The notes beneath the pieces were generated by a model that saw nothing but the letters and a program-made list of their open reading frames with translations, made no database searches and was not told the origin of the DNA. Positions 52,901 to 64,000 of a stretch of 64,000 bases of DNA are shown one piece after another (the stretch's first letter is position 1; each line of letters starts with the position of its first letter). Source of the DNA: the human T2T-CHM13v2.0 reference genome, Homo sapiens; the NCBI RefSeq assembly GCF_009914755.1, contig NC_060925.1; one strand, 5' to 3'. The position numbers were made by a program, and so were the translations under genes.

Positions 52901-55900
52901 ATGAACTACAGAGTAACTCCAAGCCCCTAAAATTATAGGAAAATGCATACGTAGGTACATTTCCCTGGTCCTTGGCTGTCCTGGGTTCTCGACGCCTCTA
53001 TGGCTCCCGGAGGGTAAGGCCCCAGCTGCCCATCGAGTCTGCCGGCTGGTGTGTCCCCACGGGGCTTCGTAGGTGCTGTCCCAGAGCCTTAGTCTTGGAG
53101 CTGGAGCCAGACGCAGAGGTGCCCTCGGTCTCCCTGGGCCGCTGCCAGGCGGCTGTGGCCCCTTCTTGCTCCTTCTCTGTTGCGCCGTCTTCCTTCCTTC
53201 CTTCCTTCCCTCTTTCCAACTGAATTCTCGTTTTTCCTCTCTCCCTAGTGCTTGTACGGCTGCTATGTCCATTCCTCCATCATCCCCACCTTCCACCGGA
53301 GGTGCTACTGGCTCCTTCAGGTAGGTGGCTGGGACTGGATTCTTCTTCTGTCTCTGGTGCTCGGGAAGGGTCTGTGGAGGGCACTGAGGGCGCGGGGCTC
53401 CGCATGCGACACGGCTTCGGGCTGAGAGCCCTGGTGAGCTTGCCTAGGGAGACTTCGGCTGTTGCGGCACTGAGGCCAGCTCAGTGGCTGGGCTGGTGTT
53501 GTCATGTGTCAGGAAGGGGAGAAGGCCTGGTGGCAGGGGTAGCTGTCACCCACTGATGGGAAATAAACCTAGGTGCTTCCAGCTTCCAAGGCGCCTCAGT
53601 TTTCTTTTGATGAGGACAAGAAAGAAGGCCGAGTATCCTGCCCTGAAATGCCTGTTGGCTGAAAGCTGTACATTCATTTTCTCTCATGGGTTAGTTACAA
53701 GGCACATGTGGAAAACAGGCTCCCGGAGGTTGCCAGGCACAGCTGGATTGATTGGGATAGCTGTGGGGAAAGGAGGAAGGAGCTCCGTAATCGATTTGTG
53801 ATGTCTGCTGTGGCAGGGATGGAACAGGTTGTGGCTGGGCATGCTAGCCATTCCTGTGGGAGAGTGGCCTGGTGCCCAGATCTCTGTCCATGGTGTTTGT
53901 GCACAGCGTTGCTGAACCAGGGGTGGGTAGGTACGGGAGGCCCACCTGGCCTCTTGCCCTCTGGGGATCGTCTGCCAGCTGTCTTGCCTGCCGTGTGGGC
54001 GGGAAGGTCTGAGGGATCCATGCAGTCGGACTAGACATAGGTCCTTTTCAAAATGCATCCTCTGATTTGCAGCTGTTCTTGGTAGAACCCATTCCCCATG
54101 GCCTGCCTCTGTCACCCCAAGTTCTTACTGTTGCCTCTACCCAGGAGTTGCTGCCTGAGGCCTTTCCCACCATGGTTCTACTTTCTGTTGTTCAAGGCAG
54201 CAAACCCCTGGACCTTGATGGTTTAGGGATCTCTCTGACCTGGCGGGGGTGTAGTTGGAGGGGCCTGGCAGCTGGGGAAGCAAGTCCCCCAGTGCTATGA
54301 CACAAGCTCAGGGAGAAAAGAGTCACACATGCCACGGAGTGCAGAGAGGCTGATGGCCACAGGAGAGCTGGTCTGGAAGGTGCCCACAGGGCCGGAGCCA
54401 TGTCGATGTGGAGGCCGGGCTCAGCCTAGACAGGGCCCTCTATCCATCGGCTCTGCCCAGCCCCAGCCTCCAAACCCTTTCCATTCTCCCTCAGTTCCCA
54501 GAAATAGCCGTCTGTTGTTCAGCAAGTTCAAATGATGCCCGAGACCATCCGGGGACGTGCTGATTTGCAGAGGCTGCTTCCCAATACCTCACCCTGTCAT
54601 CAGTTTCCCTGGCTCTGCCTCCCCTGGAGGCTGACGTGCTAGCACCTGCTTTTCTAATTGCTCAGACCTGTGTGCTTGAGGAGGGGAGTTGTCACATGGT
54701 CATGGGATGAGGCTTTTGGGGTCTTGTTACTAGGAATTGGTCCCAAGGTGTTCCACCCCTTGGCAGAGGGTTTTCTCCTCTACCCGATGAAGGGTGGGGT
54801 TCCACCCGAGGCCAGAGTTCTGGCGGCTGAGTCAGAGTCAGAGCATGTCCTTGAGTCCCCAGGGACAAACTCTGGCTTCCCAAGAAACACCATTTATCCA
54901 AAGCAGCCTGCAGCCCTGTACACTCCTTCCTGGGCCTCCAGCCCCATGGGTCTGGTTTCTGCCCTTTTCCTTTTCGGTTTCATGCCCCCTGGTCAGAACA
55001 CCTCTTTGGCCATTGCCCTCCTGTCGGGGCAGCACCTGGAAGCTGGCATCCTGCCAGCAGCCCAGCCACCCGCTCCTCCAGGCTGGTCTGCTCCTCCAGG
55101 CCTTTTCTCCTGCACCCACGCCTCCGCCTGCCTCCCCTCATTCCATCATGCCCTTGTGGCTTTTTAATTCCACTAAATTTACTTTCCTGGAATCAGACAC
55201 CATTGGGCAGCCACGAGGTCTGAGCTGATGACTTCCCAAGCTGCATTCTGCTCATTCCGGGTCCCTCCTAGATTCAGCTGCTCCTGTTCCTCAACTCGGG
55301 CCAAGCGAGGAGAGGGGTCCTGCTCTCTGCCCCAGCCCTCCCTCACTGGCGCTCCTGTTTTCCAGCCTCCGTATGCTGGAGGCATACCTGGACTGATTCA
55401 TGTGTGTCTGGTTCGTTACCTCCCAGCTGGCGGGGAAGTTGGAGTCTCCCCGAAGGCCAGGATGGCAGGACCAGGCTTCTTCATGGCCGAGCTGGGGCCT
55501 CTTCATCTTCTCTGCCCAAGCCTGGGGGAGCCATCCCTCCCCATCCCTCTCCTCTGTGTCCTCCAGCATCAGACTTGTTTCTGTGATCAGATCACAAAGA
55601 GGGAGCGCACACAGGTGTAGGGGGTTCCTGCTCCCCCAGGTCTGTGCGGGGCAACAGCAGGTTAAGGAGCTAAGGCCAAAGCAATTAGCACAATGCACGC
55701 CCTGCTCGGAGCCCAGAGCCTATGTGGCAGCCGGTGCCGCTCAGGGCAATTTGTTCTGGTGCTAATTACAACACCAGGATAATGATGCTGTGGCCAGGTT
55801 TAATTTCTCTGATGTTAAATAGGAAAGAAGCCATGAGTTACTGGCTCAGATGGAAATTGGCTCAAGTGTGTCTCTGACACCAATTACCAAGAAAAAGGAT

Positions 55901-56576
55901 TAGGTGGGGTCCAAGGTGTCAGGGCAGTGCCCATGTTGGGAGCTGAGGAAGGAGGCTGCTCAGATGCCAGCCCCGAGCCAGCCTGGTCCTCTGAATGCAG
56001 GAGGCACTAGGAAAGGGAGTGATGGGCTGGCCATGCTCTCTCAGCCCCCTGCAGGGGGTGAGCCTTCTAGAAAGGTAAGGGCATTGGAGGAAAGAGGGAG
56101 GAAGGAAAGGAAGAAGTGCTTCTGGAAAAAGGAGACTTTCTCCAAGGAATAGCACCCACTGCCCCACCTTTGTAGCCTCAGTTCAGTGGCCGCCTCCTGC
56201 CGGCCCACTGTGAACTCGCTCCTGCCCTCTGAGATGCTCCAGCTGATGTCACCCAAGGCCACTTAGCACTTAGTGGGCACGTCTGCCTATGTTGGCCTCG
56301 ATTTTCCTCTCCAACTAGTCAGCTCCCAAGGGAGAGACATGAATTCCTGTCTCCCCTGAGTGCCCAGCCCAGAGCCACAGCCACCACAGGGCAGGAGCCA
56401 GCATTTGGGAGAGCCATGTTCTGCTGTGGTGACGTATCCACCCCGGGGCGGGAATGAGCAGGCCTCGCAGACTCGGGGCCTGGAGCTCAGGATTGGTGCC
56501 AAGATTTACAGAGAAGGGCCTGAGTTGACGTGGCACGTAAGCTTCTGAGTCATCGGGCTTTCAGGGGAGGGTGCTA

Positions 56577-56642
56577 CCTCTCTGTCTGTGTCTGTCTGTC
56601 TGTCTTTCAGGCTCTCTGTCTCTCTCTGCGTCTCTCTCTGTC
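56577..56642. repeat. (TCTG/TC)n microsatellite
   Basis: Directly visible. Confidence 0.85.
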
Positions 56643-57974
56643 ATGTTCTCCCTCCCCATCTCTCCATTGCTGACAAATATTCTATTAGGCTATGAGCGAG
56701 GAGACGGGCAGGGAGCCTCTCACAGGCAGGGCACTAGAGCCCATGTGGCCCATAGGCTCATAAAGCCATTGGCATGACCAGTAACCACCATGTGAGGTCA
56801 CCAGGACAGCTGGGGAGGGACCAGATGACCTGAGCTCAGCCCACTCCAGCTGGGCAGGGCCAGAGCCATGACCTGGAAGAGGCCACCTCTTCCCCTCTGC
56901 TGGTGGCACCCATCCTCAGCATTGCTGGGGGCTCTGTGTCACAGCTGACAGGGCCTTCAGGCTCCCCTGAGCCTACCCAGTGCATTTTCTAGAAGGATTT
57001 CTGAGACCCAGCGAGAGCAGGGCCAGGCCCAGGTCACCCAGTGGGTCAGGGGAGGAGCAGGCAGTGCTCCGTTCTCCCGATGCCTTGGCCTCTGCCCCTA
57101 CCGCCTGATGTGGGTGTCACTGCAGCCGCAGGACCCTGAGCCTCGTGAGGTAGAGGAGGCATGAAGGGGTGAGCTGGACAGAGCGGTCCCTCCTGTTTGG
57201 GATTTTCTGATGGTTTCGAGGGGTAGGCAGCAGAGGTTCAGGGCCCCCTGACCTCCTCATGTGCCCCTTTCTCCTGGTCCTCCACCTTCCGTCCTTCTCT
57301 GCATTCTCCGCCTGCCCCCGCAGGGGACCAGGCCCCCATTCCAGGCCAGACTTCCCTGCAGATTCTGTATGGCTCATTTGGAAACTATTTCTGCTTCTAA
57401 TGAGTGTTTTCCTTTGTGCCCTTGTCCTCTAAAATGCTTAATGACTGCTTTCCGTGCTCGAGTGAAGCGGGGGTGTGTCCCCGCATGGCTGCCATTGCCA
57501 GGCCGGAGCTGTTTGGCTGCCAAGCCCGGCTTGCTTGGGTGGAGGCAGCGGGGGGTCCTTCCTGGCCCACGCTGGCAGCACAGACCAAGCCTGTGGGGGC
57601 AAGAGCACGGCTGCGGGGAGACGAGGACCCTGGGGCCTTAGGAGACCACAGGACAGGGTGGCAGTGCAGGTCGGGGCTCCCACATCACTGGAACAGGCAG
57701 ATCTTTGAGCCTGAGTTCTAGGAGTTGAGCTCCTTGGGGGACTCTGGATTCAGAGTCTGAGGAGCTGGATTCCAGCTCTGCCTGGACCTACCTGAGCACC
57801 AGGAGCGGTGACCATGCCACTGGACACCTCTGGTGCTGACTCCTGGCTGGGCAGTGAGCCTCCACCACGCACCACACTTCACCTGGGAGAAAACAGCCTC
57901 CGAGAAGCTCCACAGTTGCTCAGTCAATAGGGGGCAACCATCGCTGCCCTCCGCTGCCTCCCCTGGGGGCACCA

Positions 57975-58050
57975 CCATCACCCCTGTTTATAGATGAGGC
58001 ATTTGAGAATCAGAGAGATTGGGCACCTTGTAGCAGATCACGGAAGTGGC
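57975..58050 (-). mobile_element. MIR core fragment
   Basis: cccctgtttatagatgaggcatttgagaatcagagagattgggcaccttg. Confidence 0.65.
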
Positions 58051-59543
58051 CAGAAAGTGGGACAGCTGCTGGGCCCTCAGCCTGGATGCTGTCTGCTTGC
58101 TGCCCCCACATGAGCCTTTGCCAGCCCTGGGTCCCCCTAGAAGTAGTGGGTGCAGGGCACAGGGGTGCCATCACCCCCTAGAGCAGGCACCGTGAGACTA
58201 AGCACCACAGGCATTGTGGCCAGAACAGAGCCCAGCCACAGCAGCCTCTGTGGCTGGTGCTGCTGAGTGGGGACTCGGGGCGGGGACAATGCCAGTTCAC
58301 CATGGGGTTCACTCCAGGCGGTCCTGGCCCCAAAGGGCCCCCATGTCCAGGAGCGAAGTTGCCTTTACCTGGGACTCACCACCCCCCAGGAGAGGAAGAA
58401 GATGCCTTCTCCATGGGGCTGCCTCTGGGCAGGATCCAGGCTTCCCCACAAGGCCTGGGGCTCTGAAACCAGGTTCACAGGGGAGAGATGAAGCTCCAGA
58501 TCCCCAAATCAGTGGGCCTTCCATCCCCAGAGTGGTCAGCTGCTTGTCCACCCTGGGGCTGAGAGCAGGGTTTCCTAGGGTAGTTCCCAGAGAGGGGAGA
58601 AGGGCAAGGCTGCAGGGAGAGGCCCTAGGGGAGATGCCCCGGTTCCACTCCTGCCCCAGGCCATCTGCCCTCCATGGGAGCCCTGCAGAGTTAGCCAGAA
58701 CATGGATCTCTCCAGCCAGAGCAGGTCCCATTGGCATACTTGGCCTTTTGGCCCATAGGAGGAACAGCTGGGGCTGGGGCAGCTCCATGGCAGAGGGACC
58801 GGCAGTCCTAGAGCCCAGGCTCGGGGCTCCCCCAAGGAGGAGGAGGAGGACAAGTGGCCTCTCCAGGCTGCTACAGCCTCTGGAGTTCCATACTCAGGCC
58901 CTAGAGAAGCCACTTCTGCTCCTTGTTCAGGAGACCTTGCAGCCAACAGCCTTTTCAGCCTCTGCCCCAGACACAGGCCCTATAGGCCTCAGCCCAGGCA
59001 TGCCCCCAGGGAGTCCTCCCTTCATGCTGCAGCCCTCAAGAGGGGCCGTGGGGCCCCCTCACTGCTGAAGAATCTTTTCAGAGGGACAGGCCCTGCAGGT
59101 CCCTGAGGGCAACTGAGTCCCAGGCACCCCCAGCCAACAGAGAAGAGAGTAGGCCGTGAGCCCTCCTGGCCCAGCTCCAGGGACCGTGGCACCTCATGGT
59201 GGGTCTGAGATGAGCCCAGCTCCACACTGGGGCATTAGTGTAGTTTTTCTCCACTGACGCCGGAACCTGGCTGTGGAACGCGATGGCCTCTCTGAGCCGA
59301 CTGCCTCTGGCTCCCCAGGAAGGGTCCTCAGGATGTGTCTCTTCTGGGAGCACCAAAGCGTGCTGCTGTGTCAGGTCTAGGCATCCTGCAGGGTCCCTGA
59401 ACCCCAGCCCCTGCCTGCTGCAACCACACAGGAGGCTGCCCTTCCGGGGCCACCCCCCTGGACACTGGGTGAGTGGATGGGCACCATCAGCCCTCTGTGT
59501 GGGGTGGGGTTTAGACCCGTCAAATAGTGGGGTTAGGATCACC

Positions 59544-59815
59544 CAAAGAAGCACCTATTAGCTGTGTGACACTGGGCAGTTTGTCTAATTTCTCCGAGTC
59601 TCAGTTAGCTCATCCATAAAATGGAGCCAACAGCAAAGAAGCAGCTATTAGCTGTGTGACTCTGGGCAGTTTGTCTAATGTCTCTGAGTCTCAGTTAGCT
59701 CATCCATAAAATGGAGCCAACAGCAAAGAAGCAGCTATTGGCTGTGTGAATCTGGGCAGTCTGTCTATTTTCTCTGAGTCTCAGTTTGCTCATCCATAAA
59801 ATGGAGCCAACAGCA
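59544..59815 (+). repeat. 90-bp x3 tandem repeat derived from the MIR core
   Basis: caaagaagca.ctattagctgtgtgac.ctgggcagtttgtctaat.tctctgagtctcagttagctcatccataaaatggagccaacag at 59544, 59634 and 59724. Confidence 0.95.
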
Positions 59816-62800
59816 GCATGGAATACAGAGGCTGTTGGAGGAGTGGAAGTCTGCATTGATGCCGTGCATAAAATGTCACCCAGTCCCTGGCACAGGGCAA
59901 GCATCCACGAATGATAGCTTGATGCTGCCAGCACCAGGTAGACCTGTAAGTGGACATCCTGAATCCCGGAGAAAGCGTCTGTGACATCCCCACCCCATCC
60001 CTAGCATCCCACCTCTGCATTCTCTCTCCCAGAGGCGTTGAGCTAGGCTGAGCCAGCCCCTCCCAAAGCCTGAGCCAGGCAGGAGCCCCGCTGGTACAGG
60101 CAGCCTCTCTACCCTTCATACCACCCTCTTCTGCAGCCCGGACAGAGAAGGGAGCAGAGGCTACACCAGGGTGGTGCTGTCATTGCAATAAATGTCCCTT
60201 AGCCACCCAAGAGACTTGATGTCTATTTGGAGAATGAGCAGCTCTTTGGCAACCCAAGTGTCTCCCCAGAAGTGCAGCCTCTCCCCGCACCCCACTCCAG
60301 GACCATGCCCTGCAGCCCTCAGGAAGGACTGCCCTGGCGGTGAGCTGTGAGCTCGGTCATGGAAGGGACTGCAGGCCAAGTGGGACACCCTGAAGAGTAT
60401 GGCCGCGCTCGCCCCTCAGCCCGTGGCCTCCTCCTGGTGGTGGGGACCTCTCCACCCGGATGAGCTGGGCTCTTCCCTGGCAGGCCATCTCTAGGAAGCA
60501 CAAGCTAGCTTAACAGGATATCATTTCTTTCTTTCTTTTTCTTTCTTCTTTTTTAAAAATCTTTCTTAAAATGGAGAATATTATAGCTTCATAAAAAATA
60601 CCTGAGCTTTTTGCTCAGCAACCATTTTTATGTTTCATCAGGGTGAAATAGAAATGGCTTGGAAATAAAGCCTGACGGCACTGGCTCTGTACCTGGGCCT
60701 TCTACTGCCATCTATCGCTGGGGCAGGGCTCCACGGCTCCCACCAAATGAGGCTTGGCGGGGGGGATTAGAGCAACAGGAGGCCTTGCTGTCAGGCTGAC
60801 ACTCTGCCCCAAAGAGGACATTTGGACCCATGTGCTTCAAGGAAAGGAAGCAAGTCGCTCCCTGAGGGGTCCTGGCCTCCACATCTGGGCTCAGCAGGGA
60901 GGGGAAGGTGTCCCAGGCCTGCCAGACCCTCTGCGCACCATCCCGCAGCCCAGCCCTGGTATCTTTGGTGTTATAAGCACCCTGTGTTACCTTCAGCCAC
61001 CAAGAGTGGGGACGTGGCTGATGCCGAGGTGCCCCTATACACGCTCACCACCGTGCATGGCTCAGGAGACCACAGCCCTGGCCGTGCGTGACGGCCACTG
61101 AGCGCTTGATCAGAAACTTCAAGGCCTGGCTTTTGGTTCTCACAGCTACCCTGGGAAGGAAACAGGGCAGGGGTGAGTTCGTCCCAGTGTTTCATAGAAG
61201 AAGAAACTGAGGGTCAGGAAGAGAATAAGGGGCTCCAAAAGACATAGGGTAGGCAGGGCCCTGGTCCAGGCCCTTTAAACAGACGTGGTCCCTGTCCTGG
61301 GGGAGCCCACAGGCCACAGCGGCCAGGCCCAAGGTGCACACATGTGCAGTGAGCAGAGATGAGAAGGAAGAGCAGCTTCCAGAGCCTGGATGTGCTGGCC
61401 TCACAGGGACCAGTCCTGATGCCAAGAAGGGCAAGAGAAAGGTTGACCGACCCTGACATAAACCCCAAGTTTCCCCTGCCCTGGCCCTTGGCGTCCCTGT
61501 GAGGCTGGGGTCTGATGGGACCTTTCTTCCACACCTTTGGCCGCCACAGCTGAGCTGACCATGGGCACACTCCAGAGCACTTGGACCTCGGCAGGGGACA
61601 CTGAGCCAGCCCGCTGTACTCCAAGGGGTAGCTGGAACTTGGCAGCAGAGACAGGAGTGGCCAGGCCCTGACATTTGGGCCCTTGGATCCTTGCATGGAC
61701 AGCAGATGGAGGACCCTGTGGTGTCAAAGCCATTTCTGACCCTAGCCTAGTTGGTGGTCCCTAAAGCTGGTCAAGACGGTGGATCCAGAGAAGGAGACAC
61801 AGAATGGGCGGGGCGGTCAGGGGAGGCTTCCTGGAGGAGGTGAGCCCAAAGTTGAAGGATGGAAGAAATGGGGAGGGGGTGTTTCCATGCCCTCTGACAT
61901 GGGGCAAGCATGGGTCACAGTGCTAAGTGCTCAGTGAGACTAACAAGGCCACTTGAGGGGTCCCAGTTCCCATGAGCCAGTTCCACACACCTCACCCGGC
62001 ACAGGGCTGTCTGGGAAGAGGCCCTCAGGACAGGTGTCCCAGCACCGGTGCCAGCCAGGTGATCTGGAGGGGAGCATGGGGAAGGGCCTGGAATCCTCCT
62101 GACTCTCTGCTGGGCTCAGAAGAGAGCAGGACAGGAAGAGCCTCACCAGACCAGTGCATGCAGCTTCAACATGGCCATGCAAGCTCCCCACAGCTGACAG
62201 TGACAGCAGTGGCCATCCTCATCCTCATCCTGTCACCAGTAGCAATAACAACAGTCATCGAAGGCTGCGGGCAAGCACTCAGCCTGCCTGTGAGGCCAGC
62301 ATTTAGTCACTGTCACCATGTGGAAAGGAGGCTGGGTCTGTGCTTCAGGTCAGGCCTCCGCAGCCCCCGCCATGCAGAGGGAAGGCTGGCTGAAGACCCA
62401 GACACTGGCTCGCTTCACAGACCTTGCAGGAAAGACAAGACCCCAGCAGACGCTTGCGCCATTAGATAATTAGGAGAAGGGCAAGGGGGTGTGAGGGAGG
62501 CCAGGGCTCCAGCGGTGCCCCAGGTAGGAGGAAACCCTGGCAGGAGTGACCATGGTGACACTGAGAAACTCACTCAGTCCAGAAGCTGCGGGCCAGGGAT
62601 AGAAACCCAGCCCTGGTCTTAGAAGCCGCCTCGAAAGCTTCATCTGGACTAGTAAACGGCAAAGCCCTCCTGCAGCTGGGGAGGGGCGGGTTTTGGAAAA
62701 GAGAGTTGAGGATGAAAGGTTGTGTCAGCCAGAGGGTTCCTAAGCTGCCTCCTGGGTCTGGCTTCATTCTAGCTGGCAGCTTCCACATCTTTCTCCATTT

Positions 62801-63359
62801 AATGTCCCTTGAATAACGTGACGAGGAGATAAGGTAGACACTGGGAATTTACGGTGCTGTGCAAAAAATTGCTCAATTCCATTAAGATTTCAGGACCCTT
62901 GCCAAGGCTGCACGGCAGAGCGGACAGTATTTCCCGCTCAGACATCTTTGCCTGATTGCAGTTTACGATGCCAAGGCCACTGCTGTACCCACCTAAAGCC
63001 TCCAGAAAATATGGCAGAGCTCCCAAAACGGCCATTATCCTCTCTGAGAAAAGTCACTGGGCATTTTCTAGAAGATTCCCTCTTCCCGATTCCTTCCTTC
63101 ACCCCTCCCCGCCTCTGGGGACTGGGCGACAGGAGGACATCCAGTCGGCTTTCTCAGAGGGTCCCCTTGCAGGCCCCATTGCTCACCCTTCACCTTGCAG
63201 ACTGCGGCGGCCAACGTCTGCTATGTGGCCAGAGCCCTCTGGGGAGGGGCACCCTCTGCTCCCGCCGTGTGGACGAGTGGGTACTGAGTACAGGGGAGAC
63301 CTCGGGGCATCAGGAAAGTCTTCCTCCTGGCCACCTATGTGGGACCACCAGAGCCAAAG

Positions 63360-63500
63360 GTTTTGAATTCATCACCACCCTTATGAGCCAAGTGACTCTG
63401 GCCAACTGAATCAACTTCTTTGAACCTTATTTCCTTTTTGGTAAAATAAAATAAAATACCTCCCTCCTGAGCTGAATGGGAAGATGAATTGAGCTAAGAC
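63360..63500 (+). mobile_element. MIR
   Basis: gtgactctggccaactgaatcaacttctttgaaccttatttcctttttggtaaaat...gaagatgaattgag. Confidence 0.6.
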
Positions 63501-64000
63501 ACACAGAGGTCTTTTGGACTCGGCAGCCCCCTGGGAAGTGGTGGCTGTTTTCACCCCACCAGGACCCTTTCCAGCAGCTTTTACTCTAGGGGATTGGACG
63601 GGTGGAATAGCAGTGGTCGGGGAAGGGGGTCCCCTGAGAAGGTCCTATCCAACCCAGTTTGCAAATGGCAAAATGCTAGGCTTGTGAGATGCAACTGTGA
63701 TTAGGAACAAAACTCACTTGTTCCGCAGCCTCAGGCGGGAATCTGGTGTCTGGCTGAGTGAGATGGAAGCTCTGCCTTCTGGCACTTGTCTCCTGTGTGC
63801 CACCCTCCCCGAGCCTCTCTGCTCCACACCATCCCCTGTGACTGCCACCAGGACCTCTCCTGGCCTGGCCTGCCGACGCTCCTCTGTCCCTCAGCCCTTA
63901 GGGACTGGGCTGCCCAGGCTTGACTGGGAGAGAGGAAGGATGAAGCTTCCGGAGCCGCAGTTCCTTAGAGATGGAAATTATTAATTAGTCTTATTATCCA

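Noticed and set aside
58214-59068. 284-aa ORF
   Set aside because: Non-ATG start in the track, stop-poor GC-rich sequence and no homology.
59544-59815. CRISPR-like regular repeats (also 32615-32787 and 42908-42970)
   Set aside because: Head-to-tail duplications without unique spacers, in a eukaryotic context with no cas genes.

Overview
Primate, very likely human, genomic DNA from a GC-rich, repeat-dense, apparently non-coding interval (intronic or intergenic). I could not identify the locus. I found no credible host protein-coding exon, RNA gene, CRISPR array or prokaryotic-type system. The only recognisable protein homologies come from the 5' half of a dead L1PA retrotransposon on the minus strand (1-3326: 5'UTR, disrupted ORF1, disrupted ORF2 endonuclease region, antisense ORF0). 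The rest is Alus, L2, MIR, MaLR solo LTRs (MSTA, MLT1), old L1M fragments, hAT-Charlie MITEs (MER3, MER58B) and simple or tandem repeats. Between them lie several AT-rich, repeat-free islands dense in homeodomain, Pbx-Hox, Fox and Sox-like motifs that look like developmental enhancers. Most long ORFs in the track are artefacts of high GC content or repeats. The most notable observations are the L1 antisense promoter/ORF0 pointing into the window, a duplication inside the ZNF93-target segment of the L1 5'UTR, a 45-bp dispersed copy with a fold-back junction behind an Alu lacking a TSD, a higher-order GAT/GGT array split by an LTR, a MIR-derived 90-bp triplication and a duplicated FOX/E-box module. 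I do not see evidence for a new biological system. Repeat-family calls are from recalled consensus sequences, not a database search.
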